Part shown: one piece after another, positions 1-12,718 of the stretch
How the letters are laid out: the number at the start of each line of letters is the position of its first letter
How positions within the stretch are numbered: the stretch's first letter is position 1
Assembly (NCBI GenBank): GCA_030704615.1
Contig: CM060734.1
Location: forward strand, 40,734,001-40,798,000
Reading direction: 5' to 3'
Source of the DNA: Takakia lepidozioides
Lineage: Eukaryota; Plantae; Bryophyta
Length of the DNA: 64,000 nucleotides
Notes under the pieces: generated by a model
Seen by the model: the letters and a program-made list of their open reading frames with translations, nothing else
Databases searched by the model: none
Told to the model about the DNA's origin: nothing
Translations under genes and position numbers: made by a program

Positions 1-884
1 TCAGATGGAGCTCCACTGCTGAAGTAACTAATTATAATACACGCGCGGGATCGCAGAAAAACGGGGGATTGTGTTGCACTACGGATCATACAGGTTCCCA
101 CACCCCTGATCCTTACAGACATCAGCAAGAAACTGTGAAAATGTAATGAACGTCAGCCGGTGCTCTATGAAACAATGTAATTATCAGCAGCTTTGTGGAA
201 TTTCCAGGCTTCATCCTATTCTCGCAACACCAGTGCTAGCCCTCATTCATGCCTAGGCTACGGAACCCAGCAGTAGTGAATTTTTTCGTCATACTTTCGC
301 AGACTGTGTTTTATTCGTTGATATGTTTTCTACTTTGTCAAGAGGTTCCAACTTCCAACTTCCAAGAGGCAACTGAGTCTCGATTCCAGCTTGTGGAATT
401 TCTCAAAAACCATGAGCTCATGATATATAACAACTAAGCATAACGGAGGGTGTAATATCCTACCCTAACAATTATAGAGGTCACACTTAAGGCGGTCTCC
501 CTTTATCTTTAAACAAAAAAACAAAAGGTGGTCGATTAGATGGAAAGTAATATTTATTAATATTATAAATAATTATTAAAATATATTAAAATTGCCTCTC
601 ATTTTTAAATAATTGGGAGTTTAAGTCTCATGTGTTTAAGTCCCCTTTAGAAAAAAGAAAAAAAAAGATGGTCGACTGTAGAAAGTTGTTGGGGCTGCCA
701 GATCCACTATGTAGAGATAAAAAAAAGAATGTAAGTTTATCTGGTTTTTTATTTCCAGATATGGGCACCGCCGCACATATCACAGTCTATCCGAACCTAA
801 GGTGGATCTTCCAATACCTCTATATTCCAAGAGAGATACGACAATCCAGGTATCCTTGTTGATTCCTTGTAGAATCCTTGCTGA

Positions 885-3565
885 TTCCTTGATTGTTTTC
901 CGGCCTGCTGGTAGATCTTCGATGGCCCACGTCTCATTTTCAATAAGTGACTCATACTCATCACGCATTGCCAGTAACCACTGGTCCTTCTGTGGGGACG
1001 CCATAGCTTCCTCGAATGTCTCTGGCTTTTCTGGCATGTCGTCCATGCTGGCAACACATGCATAGGAGTTCTTGTTAACAGGATAAATCCAATCCCCAAA
1101 ACGTGCAGATGGATTCCGTTGACTGGTTCCTGCTGATCCGCGTTAACTTGTTGGACCTCTGCCATGAGTTCGTCTTGGGCCCCCAAGTTCTCCCACTAGT
1201 CATGTCCACTCGAAGCTGCTGCTAGAGCTTCAACATCCCGCATCTCGTCATCCAGACACTGATCTATGAACTGATCGTCTTCTGGATCATTGGTGTCCAT
1301 GTCTGCGGGATCCCCAAAGCCACTATTGGGGCAGCTGAGTACAAGTGGGCTACTTAGAACGTCTTGCTGCGATAACGGTGCTGCCAGTGGTGTTGGTGGA
1401 ATAATTGGTGCGAAGACTGGTCGCCCTCGACTCGAAGCCATTGCATGGGATCAGATTGGCTCCCGCTGAGATTGGCTTCACTGAAGTTCTCATCAAAGAG
1501 AACATCCCTGCTTTCTTCAATATGACGCAATTCATTGATCCACACTCGATATCCTTTACTTGTGGCGGAGTAGCCCATGAAAACACCCTTTCTACTCTTT
1601 GCCGAGAGTTTCTTTCTGAGCGCTTTAGGGATGTGCACATATGCATCCGAGCCAAATGCTTTGAGATGTGCTACTGATGGTTTGAGCTTATACCATTCCT
1701 CATACGGTGTTCTCCCATATGTCGTTCTTGACACTGTTCGATTCAACGTGTATACTGCTGTGAGCTGCTTCGGCCCAAAACCTGATGTGTACATGTGCCG
1801 CATGTAACATGGTTCTTACAGCCTCAATAATCGTTCTGTTCTCCCCTTCCGAGGAGCCATTCTGTTCTGGCGTGAACGCGATGATGGGATCTTGCTTGAT
1901 CTACTATTCATCCAAGTATCTCATGAAGGCTCCGTTCGTGTACTCTGTACCACGATCACTTTTGAGGATCTTCACTGAGTTGCCTGTCTCACGTTTGAGC
2001 TGAGCCACAAACCGCTTGAATGCAGCAAGAGTTTCTGGCTTAGTTTTCAGACACTCATACTCTGAACCCGGATAAATGACCACACAAATCTATGTGTACA
2101 AGATCACCTGGAAATTGTGACCGTTGCCTTGGGCTCAGTGATTGGGAATGGGTTTCGATGTTGTTTTCCAAACGCACATCCCGGGCAGAACCGATGATTT
2201 TTACTAGTGAGCAATCCTTCCACCAGTTCTTGCGATGCCATCATCTATATCATCGCATGGTTGGTGTGTGAGAACCTCCGATGCCAAAGTTCAAGCGACT
2301 GCTTGCATTGTACGACTGTCGGTGCACCAACTGTGCTGGCGGACATCGCAGAGAGGGTGTCCTCAGGTGGGATAGCTTCAAACTGCATTTGATACATCCT
2401 GTTGTGAACTACTCCAGTCATCACAACCTTCCTTTCCTCCAGCAAATGACATTCAGTGTCCATGTGTAGTGTATAATGCTTCCGCTGTGCTGCAACATAT
2501 GACGAAAATAAATTCCGGCCAAGATTTGGAACATGCACTACACCTTTTAGCACTCCATAGATCACCCCACCGATACCTTCTACTGGGCGATTCTCCATCG
2601 AGATGTCTTTGTCAGTCGAGAAGAAAGATTGATTGTCCGTCATATGTTCAGTGCACCCACTGTCGACATACCAGAAAGTGGACTCACGCGCTCTACTGGA
2701 GCTGAAACTTGAGTCACTTGCCATATAGGCCTTGAACCCCACTAGCTTGTTCTTGCTACCTGAATCCATCTTGGTGGCTCGTTTCTTGGCATTTTGTGAC
2801 TCTTGGAAAATCTGTTGGTCTTCTTCTGATGCCATGCACTCACGGCCCCAATGACCAGGACGACCGCACTTCCAGCAGTCGGTGTTCTTCTTCCGATCAT
2901 CAATCTCCTTGCGTCTTGCCGCACATTCTTCAGGGGTATATTCCGATGGCTTATTGCCTCTTGTAGATGATGCCAAATAACCGCTGCTGTTGCTACGCTT
3001 GCATCCGCACGACTCTTGAGCATCCCTTCTGTCTGAAGAAGCTGCAGAGTCAAGTTTGCAAGAGTTTTGCTCTCTGCCGCCTGCATTCTCCATGCAGGTA
3101 TGAGAGTATCGAACCCTCCAGGAAGATTGCATAGGATCTTGGATATCACCGCTTGCTCATTGAACGTCTATCTCCATGACTTGCTAACTGCTGGACTATG
3201 AGCTGTAAGCGGCCAAGAAAACTGACAACAGTCTCCTCATCGACTATCACGCACTTATAGAAGTCTTGCTGGAGCGTGTGAACATTCTCGGAAGCATTCT
3301 GTTCGTGATACAGTTTGAGCGTATCCCAGACTTGCTTTGATGTCACACAACTCATAATGTGTGGCAAGACCACCTCATCAAGCGCCTGTGTCAAAAGACT
3401 GTAGGCAGCATTATCCCTCTTCTTCCAAGCTACTTTCTCCTCTCCGGTTGCTGTTTCAGCGGGTTTTGCCTCTGTCCCGTCTACTACTTCCATCAAGTCT
3501 TTTCCAAGAAGCACTAGAAGAGAATTCGGCTTTTTTTCACGGGTATGCCATCTCACACCTAGCAC
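885..3565 (-). mobile_element. Degenerate, 3'-truncated Ty1/Copia retrotransposon (gag, zinc knuckle, protease, GAG-pre-integrase, integrase, start of RT)
   Basis: Minus-strand ORFs in Copia order: gag (DLMEVVDGTE..W KKRDNAA..VWDTLK, 3146-3565), CCHC knuckle CWKCGRPGHWGREC, protease WYVDSGCTEHM, LWHRRFSH, integrase tail (RTPYEEWYKLKPSVAHLKAFGS..GVFMGYS..GYRVW), RT start PETFEEAMASPQKDQWLLAMRDEYESLIENETW..LPAGRKTI. Ends abruptly near 885. Frameshifts and stops; no LTRs recognised. Confidence 0.92.
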
Positions 3566-4931
3566 ATTCCACGGCTTTTATCACGGGTCTGTAGAGTGAG
3601 CCAAGGTGTGGGTCAAAATATGCCCTAACTGTGGGGTGTCTCACATGTGATCCACACCCGAGGCAAGAACGGTGTGAAAACAACCATGAGCGTGGCGGGA
3701 GTTGGCTTAGTTTACATGACATGTTACACACATGTGTGAAATGGGACCATAGAATTTCCACATTGTGGTGTATGGGGAGTTTGAGAATGATGCCCTTGGA
3801 AAACGATCATGAGCTTCATGTTCATGCTTAGAAATCTGCACGATGGGCTAGTAGCAAATGAAGAATCACCCCCTGCTACACCCCATTTTCAATCTCTACA
3901 TTATGAAGTCTATAATGCCCTTGGTGAAATGAGTATGTGGATCGCATTCAAAGGTGGCCCCGTTCCGTTGCAACCTATGACACAACTAGGACAAACAAGC
4001 ATAGGCATGATTTACACTTTTTGCCACAAATCACTTGCATCATCCTTACGTTGAACTCCTTGTCTATGTGACATGCTTGGACTTTGTCCTCTCACACATC
4101 AAAGAAAAAACCAGAATATTTCGAAAAAATCCATAGAATTTTAACAAGAGACCAATAAGGAAACCCAGGTCTAGGTGGGTAGCATGGTGAGTCTCTATAC
4201 AAGGTGATTTATTTTAAATTGTAAGTGGTTTCAACAACTTCATTAGCAACTCCACAATTATATTTTAAATTCATGTAAATTGAAATATATAAATCAGTAT
4301 TAGATAGAAATAATTGTTTTAACTACTCATTTCATGACTATGAACCTTACCCAATAAATAAATTAACCAGGGCCTTTGTACTTTGTTATATATATATATA
4401 TATTTCACCCTAACACATATATATAGCTAAAAATACCTTCACATAATTACATGGACCATATAATTATTTTATATAATGTTAGGGTGCAAAACGTTCAAAA
4501 ACTTAAAAAGTTGGCTCGAATTTAGGGCTACCTGTGTGCAGGGCTCGGACTTAGCGTTTTCTGGGGTCCGGTCTTCTTAGTGCCAAGCATCGTGATAGCA
4601 GGAACTCGAGGCCAATGTGGTGAGGATACCTTCTTCTTTGACCTATTTCAGCCTGTTTTGCCCTCTCATCAGACTCGGCCCTGAATTTGCAGCACAGAGC
4701 AAAGCTGGCATGAGTTTTACCCTTCACGATGGTGAGACAACAGCCATGAGTTTTCCAAGGATGCGAAGGGTGTGTTCGATGAAATGGCTGCCAAGATGTG
4801 GTGTCGTGGAATGCAATGATCGCAGTGTGGTACGAAGGCTTTGGAAACATATGAGGAAATGATGTCGGACAGGTTGAACCCTAACGCAGGCTGTGTTTCA
4901 ATCCCTGCCTGCTCAACTGCACCGTGGTGGT

Positions 4932-5016
4932 TGTCGTGCGCATACGTATCGCTACACAACTACATCGTTGTCCAAACCACACCACACATATATGCATAAT
5001 AAAGTAGTCTGCCACA
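4932..5016 (-). repeat. 85-bp direct repeat, copy 1 (probable LTR segment of the DNMT-Gypsy family)
   Basis: tgtcgtgcgcata...aaagtagtctgccaca is near-identical to 5372-5456. Confidence 0.7.
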
Positions 5017-5207
5017 ATAGATTGAAAACTAAACTCACATGTATGATGACATCGAAACACAAAACACAACACAATCACTCGTTAAAATAAGAGTCGAGCC
5101 AGGGGCACCCCACGCTATGGAGACTCCACCCCACAACATCCTATTCTCCCTTCATAAGTACACTCAGATTCTAAGCAGAAGGAGCTGGGTCGTGCAGGCT
5201 CAACTCG

Positions 5208-5369
5208 AGAGAGATGAGCCACACGACTGACGAGCTCGTGAAGATAAGATGGTTCAGGTGTCAAGCTAAACTTGACACCTGACTTAACACTTGAACTAAT
5301 TCCAAGTGTTAAATACAAATAACTAGATTTATTCTAGTTAGTTTCACACTGTGTTTATTTAACTTGACA
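5208..5369. repeat. 162-bp multi-hairpin repeat, copy 1
   Basis: Matches 32325-32486 with one mismatch seen. Three adjacent stem-loops; ends in CTTGACA. Confidence 0.9.
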
Positions 5370-5371
5370 GC

Positions 5372-5470
5372 TGTCGTGCGCATATGTATCGTTACACAAC
5401 TACATCGCTGTCCAAACCACACCACACATATATGCACAATAAAGTAGTCTGCCACAATCGCCCCCCTAGC
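5372..5470 (-). repeat. Polypurine tract plus start of the 3' LTR of the DNMT-Gypsy element
   Basis: Minus strand reads gctaggggggcgat|TGtggcagact: a G-rich PPT directly before TG, about 250 bp downstream of the PHD stop codon. The 85-bp segment recurs at 4932-5016. Confidence 0.6.
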
Positions 5471-5713
5471 TGGTGGTTAGGTCCCTCTAACTCCAGATAG
5501 CTACAAGATGTAATAGCCACAGCCGTACTAAGTCCTCTATCACTGTCCCTATTGTACTCAAACTCTATAGACCAAGAGGCCGGGTACAAGAGCAACCCCA
5601 TCGTTAGTCGCCGTCTTGCAATCTGTGAACTTGAGTCAGGATCTCATGTGTTGGTCTCCTAGTAGCTTGGCCTTGCATTTCTTGTTAGCCTTCCATGGTT
5701 GTATCCACCCCCA

Positions 5714-6016
5714 CTATCCAATGCAATGCGGACATAACCAATCCCCATCAGGAACCATCTCAAGAGGTGGAGTCAAGCATCCCATATGCCAACCTCTAGA
5801 GCATTGATCACACACCAGCATGGTGGCTGCCCCTCTAGTAGACCCACACAACATGCACCTCAAACTTGCAGGTACCACTGCCAGGTTTGGGTCACCCTTC
5901 CATCAACATTTTGGAAGGTGACATGGCGCGCAATTAGGCACATGGTCCTTCCAAATCATGCCATCCCGACCCTCCAAGATTAGGACTCCTGAGGGCAACA
6001 CCTCTCGAACCCTCAA
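5714..6016 (-). pseudogene. Integrase C-terminus plus PHD finger of the DNMT-Gypsy element
   Basis: Manual translation across small frameshifts: LRVREVLPSGVLILEGRDGMIWKDHVPNCAPCHLP-NVDGR-DPNLAVVPASLRCMLCGSTRGAATMLVCDQCSRGWHMGCLTPPLEMVPDGDWLCPHCIG*. Canonical C4HC3 PHD spacing at 5714-5857. Confidence 0.88.
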
Positions 6017-6535
6017 GGCTACAGGTGGAGTCTTGACTTCGCGGGGCCGTTGCCACTGACCATGCGCCACAACAAGTACATGTTGGTGATGGTGGAGCAC
6101 TTCTCCAAGTGGATCAAGTTGTTTCCATTGCCTGATAAGGCTATTGAGGGAGCTGCGTATGCATTCTTGGATTGTGTACTTAGCCGATTCGGTGCTCCAG
6201 CTGAGGTACTCACGGACCAAGGGAGAGAGTTCTTGGGGGAGTTTCAGGCGTTGTGTGACAAGGCCTTGGTAGACCACCGCCCCACTTCTCGGGATCATCC
6301 TGAGGCCGATGGCTTGGCAGAGAGGGTTGTTCAGACAGTGAAGAGGGGTTTGCGCAAGTATGGCTTGCAGAAGGGACACCTAGGAGATTGGGACCTTCAG
6401 TTACCTTGGTTAGCCATGGGCTACAGGATCCCCACAAGCATCACTTGCCTCCTTCTCCCATACTTTCTTCTCTTTGGCCGAGAGCTGGATTTGCCTGCAT
6501 CCATTCGTAGAGAAGCTGCTACAGTTCTCAACTTC
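6017..6535 (+). pseudogene. Integrase catalytic core (rve) of the DNMT-Gypsy element, locally inverted
   Basis: GYRWSLDFAGPLP..VMVEHFSKW..RFGAPAEVLTDQGREF..HPEADGLAERVVQTVK carries the D,D,E residues. Confidence 0.92.
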
Positions 6536-6911
6536 CCATGATCAGAAGAGGGTGCAATTGTGGAGTAGGGGCGTTGAATGAAGCACGCACCCTGTCACAC
6601 ACCATGCACCTAGCCACAATTTGTTGCACCTATGTGTGCATACCACCCACCAATACTGCCCCTGCAGTAGACTATGAGTGCGTTGCACCCCAAAATGCCC
6701 CAACTCCTCATGGGCATGCCGCACTAACCGTGCCCGCTGTGTTGGGTGAGGCACAATCCCACTCGACCATCCTCCCACACTCGAGCAGGTGTGTCCCCTC
6801 CCACTTGAACCTCTTGGCTCGTTGTAGGATCCGATCCCTCTCCTCATCCTTGGCAGTCACAGTGGCTGCCGTGTCTCCAGTGCGGAGGTAGTCCAACACA
6901 ACTGAATCCTA
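6536..6911 (-). pseudogene. Integrase N-terminal zinc-binding (HHCC) region of the DNMT-Gypsy element
   Basis: DSVVLDYLRTG..RDRILQRAKRFKWEG..IVPHPTQRARLVRHAHEELGHFGVQRTHSLLQGQYWW..CMVCDRVRASFNAPTPQLHPL (frameshifted). Confidence 0.85.
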
Positions 6912-7375
6912 TTCGAGGAGCAGCACGAGTTCCTGAGCCACAAGGTGCAGAGGTGGAGTTGGATTCACAACGTGGGGAGGCAAGCCGTCAGGCTAGGTTG
7001 CCTCAATCATTCATCTTGGCGAGATAGTGTCGACGACATCCATGGCACCTAATTCTCGCCCCACGGATCCGAGGCGGAGGTTATTGTGCCATTGGGAAGA
7101 GCTACACGTGCAGCAACTGACACCTGCTGCAAGGCTAGTGCAGCCATGGTTTGTTGGGGGCGGCCACCTCTTGTGTGTCAGGCCCCACTTTTCTCAGCAA
7201 CCATGATTGCGACTCCGAGGGTAAGACCAGCTGCATTGTTTCAGACTAGCAGCAACACTCTGTGAGAGTGGGGAGGTCACTTCATCTTCTGCGAAGTTAG
7301 TAAAGAATGTGTAGTGGCAGAGGATCCTCGGATTTGAGGGTCAAGACTGCCACGGCTGCGCCATGGCAAGCTGCA

Positions 7376-8099
7376 TGTCGCGGCCCTTTGCCTTGAGGGC
7401 AGGGGGTCGGGACACATGAGGGGCTGCCCCTGTGGTGGGGGCAGCGGCAGCGATAGGTATGGGGGGCTGAGGCACCCTTGAGTGCCCAAGGCACTCAGGG
7501 AGCGGAGGCGCTCACTAGGTGGAGCCCCGCACACCGGGTTGCGGTGGGGGTGGCTCCACAAGGGGTGGTGGTAGCTTAGTGGGACTTAGTGGGGGTGGCA
7601 TAGGACTCACCATGGGGGCGGAGACCTCGTGGTGGGAGTCGTGGGGAGTCTTGGGACTCATCACGGTCCATAGGGGCCGTGGTGAGCGGGCCAAGACTCA
7701 CCGCGACTCACCACCGGGAATCGAGGGTCTTCGTGGTGGTTCGCCATAAAATGGCATGGCTGGTTGTGAAACCCCCGCGGACAGCTACAGAAGTATATAT
7801 AGGGAGTAGTAACCCCGAGAACGGTGCAAGCCCGTTGGTGACCAAAAACTAGTGAGTAAGCGAGCGAGCCGGAAAGCGACCAAAGAGTGGGGAGCTGTTC
7901 CGGACTGCCATCTACCAAAGGGAATTCTCCTAGTCCCATTAGGTGGAGGGTTTTAGAGGGAAGCGAAAGGGGACCGTTATGTCCCGGTGAGCAGCCGAAG
8001 CTCCAAGTTGGCCCGGCGGCCAGGTTGGGAGTCAGGCGCGCGCATCAAAGCGAGTAACTATGACTTGAAGGGGAGTTTACCGAAGTGAGGTGCGCGACA
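7376..8099 (+). repeat. 5' LTR of chromovirus
   Basis: tgtcgcggccc...gtgcgcgaca; near-identical to the 3' LTR but about 135 bp longer. Confidence 0.96.
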
Positions 8100-8101
8100 C
8101 T

Positions 8102-8113
8102 TGGTATCAGAGC
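8102..8113 (+). promoter_or_regulatory. Primer binding site (tRNA-iMet)
   Basis: TGGTATCAGAGC two bases after the LTR end. Confidence 0.95.
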
Positions 8114-8154
8114 TTAGAGTTAAGTACGCGATCGTCCTTGGGATTGGCCTCATC

Positions 8155-11100
8155 ATGGGGTCGGGCAAGCCGAAGCGAAAGCGGAACGGCCCAAAAGATG
8201 ATGATCCCTGTGAGCCCGATGGGGGCGACGTGTCACCGAGGCGGCCGTTTGAGGAAGCGATGCATGTTTCCGAAAACGAGGCCGCTCAAGAGAGCGGGAG
8301 GAATCCGAGGAGTCGGAGCCCGAGGAATCCTTGAGAGCTCCGACAAACCAAGAGATGCCTCCCATGCCGGCAGCCTTTTGGGAAGGGTTGTTGGCGCAGT
8401 TTGGCGGGACGTTGAAAGACGTGTTGAAGGCGGCTAATGCCACTTCCACTAAGGCAAAGTTTAAGGTGAAGCCTAAGGAACCCCGGCACCTTCGAGGGCG
8501 TCCGAAATCGGAAGGCACTCAACACCTGGCTCCTTGGAGCTAGAGCAGTACTTCCGGGCGGCCAAGTTGAGTGACGAGGATCGGGTGGAAGTGGCCCCAC
8601 CTATTTGAGGGGCTATGCTCAACAATGGTGGCAGAAACGCCTTCACGACCGAGGTCTCAATTCCGGTGAAACCTGAACTGAGTGGGGTTCAAGGAATTGT
8701 GAAGAGACAGTTGTGCCCTTCAACGCTTCCTGGCTTGCCCGGACAAGATGAGGAATTTGAAGCCAACAGAATGACATTCGGGGTATGTCCAGACTTTTCA
8801 ATGTGCCTGTTGCCTCGAATCGCGGACATGGCAGAACCAGAAATGGTCTTCAACTTTGTGGCGGGACTGGCCCATGGGCCAGGCCGGAAGTTGAGGAGAA
8901 ACCACCCAAGACTTTGAATGGGGCGAGGCATTGAGAGGGCTGAATGTTTCTCGGATGTCCCTAGTGGTGAAAGACAAGGCCGTACGGAGCTAACCACAAG
9001 AAGATTTGGCGGGAAGGTGACTCCTTCCGACCAGAAAAAAGTGGGATAGGCCACGCGGCAAAAATGGCACGTGGAAATCGAAGGGAGGGCCTTCACACGT
9101 CAATGGCGGCTCCGGTGCTTCGAAAGGAAAAGCGGGGTGGAGCGGCTTATGGCGGACAGAAGGCGACCTTTTATGGAGTGTGTTTTCAATTGGGGGAGCC
9201 CAGGCCCAGGCACATGGCCAAGATGCACGAAGCCCCGACAATTGAACATGACTCGGGCGACCACGGAGCTGTCAAAGATACCATCAGTCCGCTTGGTGTA
9301 AGCGGTGGTTGCCAGGACTTGCAAGGTAGGCAATTTTCTTGTGAGTTGTATCAGGAAACTGGCGCCTTACGAAAAGGAGTCAGTTATTGTTCGTGGATGG
9401 ATAATATCCGGAACTAATGCCGTTGTTGGTGGACACAGGAGCGTCGCACTCCTTCATGACACCGGCAACGGCACAAAAGCTGGGACTCCCGACAAGTGAC
9501 GTTGGGGCCTCTATTGAGGTGCGTTCTGCCAAAGGAGAACCACAGTTGGCGACAAGGTTGGCGATTGATGTTCCTCTTCAACTGGGGAGTTGGGAGGGAC
9601 GTGAGAACTTCACCATCTGCGAGATCGATGGAGTGGATCTCATTTTGGGATGACCTTTTTGAGCAAATCCGGAGCGGTCATAGATGGCCGCAAGAGAGTA
9701 GTCACGCTGCCATATGGGAATGGTGGCGAGGTTTTACGAGTGTCTGAAACGCCCAAATCCGTGGGAGGACGAATAAACCTTCTATCAGCAAAGGAGTGGG
9801 CCGTGGAGGAGGCACACGAGCCCCAGTTTTTGCTTTACATTAGAGAAGTGAAAGGAGAAGGCGATGGGGAACCGAGCCCAGATTGGATCAAAGGGATTTT
9901 GGAGAAATACCAGGATGTGATGCCGGAGGATTTACCAAGCGGCTTGCCACCGCGAAGAGGAGTTGACCACAAGATTGAGGTGATACCGGGATCGGAACCG
10001 CTTGCCAAGGCGCCCCACCGGTTGAGCCACAGAGAGTTGGTCGAGCTGAAGACTCAGCTCAAGGATCTAATGTCAAAGGGGTACATCCGGCCGAGTAAGT
10101 CACCTTACGGAGCCCCGGTGCTATTCGCAGACAAGAAGGATGGGACGCTACGGATGTGTGTCGATTACATGGCTCTGAATAAGGTGACTATCAAAAACCG
10201 GTACCCTTTGCCAAGGATCGACGACCTCTTCGATCGGTTGGCAGGAGCGAAGTATTTCAGCCGGATCGACTTGCGCTCTGGCTATCACCAAATTCGGGTG
10301 GCGGAAGGAGATGAGGAGAAGACCGCGTGCAGGACAAGATATGGTTCATATGAGTTCTTGGTGATGCCTGTTGGGCTCACCAATGCACCAGCGACATTTA
10401 GCACGCTGATGAACAGCCTTTTCCAGGAGTGGTTGGATGACTTTGTGATCGTGTACATCGACGACATCTTGGTGTACTCGAAAACAAAGGAGGAGCACCT
10501 GGAGCACCTCAAAGGGTGTTCCAAAATTGCAAGAAGGGAAGCTGTATGCCAAAGCTTCAAAGTGCGAATTCGGGGTCACGAAAGTGGAGTTCTTGGGGCA
10601 TGTGATTACACAGGATGGGATCAAAATGGATGACAGAAAGGTGAGGGCGATCTTGGACTGGGAGCCTCCGACTTCGGTCCCGGGAGTGCGATCCTTCCTA
10701 GGACTCGCCTCCTATTACCGGAAGTATGTGAGAAATTTCGCCAAGATTGCGGGGCCGCTGTCAGACCTTCTGTGTAAATCTAAAGTCTGGGCATGGAACA
10801 CCTTTTGTGGCCAAGCTTTTGCTGAATTGAAGCAGCGGATGGCGGAAGCTCCAGTCTTGAAAATCCCGGAGTTCGATCGTCCATTTGAGATTCATACAGA
10901 TGCGTCGGACTTCGCAATTGGGGGTGTACTTATGCAAGATGGACGTCCAGTGGCTTACGAAAGTAAGAAACTGAATGAAGTGGAGCGACGGTGGCCGACG
11001 CACGAAAAAGAGATGAAGGCGGTGGTGCATTGCCTTGAGCTCTGGCGCCACTATGTTGGTTCCAACCCAGTGAAGGTGTTCACGGACAATGTCACGGTGA

Positions 11101-12718
11101 AGTATTTTGCCACGCAGCCCAAGTTGTCCCCAAAACAACTTAGGTGGCAAGATACTTTGGCAGTGTTCGACGTGGATATCCAGTACAAACCGGGACGGGA
11201 CAATGTGGTGGCCGATGCTTTAAGTAGAAAGCAGCAGCTCTTGTTGGTGTACAAGGGCGAGACGGCACTCCAAAGGAAGATCCGGAAGGCTTGCCGGAAG
11301 GATGAGCTGGCGAAGTCCGTGATGCAGGACTTGAGGATGGGGGTTAAATCGCAGTTCCACTTGCAAAATGGACTGCTCCGGTATAAGCAAAAGCGTCTCT
11401 ACGTGCCGAAGGGAGGGATCAGGGATAGTCTCTTGAGAGAATGCCATGATAGCCCGCTTGCGGGCCACGGTGGAGCCAAGCGCACTGCGGCACTCTTGAA
11501 GAAAGAGTATTTCTGGCCCAAATTGAGGGAGGAGGCAGAGGAGTATGTCAAGACATGCACCACATGCCAAACAAACCGGAGCGAGTACAAAAAGCAAGCG
11601 GGGCTGTTACAACCCTTGCCGATTCCAGAGGGGACTTGGGAAAGCGTCTCGATGGATTTCATGACTGCTATGCCGCTGTCAAAGGATTCGATGCAATCAT
11701 GGTGGTGGTAGATAGGTTCAGTAAAATGGGCCATTTCATCCCCACCAAGGAGACGGCAACGGCGCAGGAGACAGGGCGACTTTACTTCGCCCACGTCTTA
11801 AAGCATCATGGAGTCCCGAAGGATATTGTCTCGGACCGCGATCCAAAGTTTACGAGTAAATTCTGGAGAGCACTTTGGAAGAAGATGGGGACGAGGCTGA
11901 AGATGAGCACCGCCTTCCGACCTACGACGGACGGCCAAACAGAAAGAGTGAATTCCGTAGTGAAGCAATTCTTGCGGAATTACGTGTCGGCAGACCAATC
12001 AGACTGGATGGAACACTTAGACGCGGCAGAGTTCTGTTATAATAACACAGAACACTCCGCAACGGGAGTTTCCCCTTTCGTGTTGGTCTATGGAAAAGCA
12101 CCTCTGGTGCCGACAAGTTGGGCCGCCCAGGACGTTGAGGAACCGGCAGTAGCGGCGGTACTGGAAGAACGCGAGCGTTTGTTGAAGCTCGCAAAGTACA
12201 ATATTGCCAAAGCTAGGAAACGGTATGAAAGGCAGGCGAATCGGAAGCGGAGGGAAGTGAAGTTTGAGGCAGGCACAGAGGTCTGGTTGAACATCAAGAA
12301 TTTCCGACTACCTCCGGAAGTGAGTCCGAAGTTCGTACCTCCGTATGCGGGACCCTTTCGCATTCGGAAGGTTATGAATGAGGATGTGTATGAATTGGAG
12401 CTACCGGCAAACAGCAAAGTGCACCCAGTATTCCATGTCTCCCTTTTGAAGCCTTACTTCAAAGATGAAGCGCGTCCGAATCGACATCAAGTGTTGCATC
12501 CGCCACCTATGCTGTTGGATCATGAAAATGAACCTGAGTACGAGGTGGAGGCAATACTTAAGTCGAGGAGGTTCAGGAACCGAGAAACGGAGTATCTCGT
12601 CAAATGGAAGGGCTATCATCATGTGGAGGCATCTTGGGTGCGTGCCTCAGAAATGGGAAACGCATCCGAGGCGGTTGCAGCTTTCGAAGGGCGACCTCAA
12701 AAGTGGAAGAAGCGTTGA
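8155..12718 (+). pseudogene. Chromovirus gag-pol (frameshifted): gag, protease, RT, RNase H, integrase, chromodomain
   Basis: Protease LLVDTGASHSF (9417); [33 protein letters not shown]; RNase H TDASDFAIGGVL; integrase HDSPLAGH..CTTC..SDRDPKF..DGQTER; PYAGPF; chromodomain EYEVEAILKSRR..EYLVKWKGY..ASW. Confidence 0.95.

Noticed and set aside
5225-5250. Hammerhead ribozyme (CTGACGA core) in the 162-bp repeat
   Set aside because: No correctly placed GAAA after a stem II and no stem I/III pairing found.
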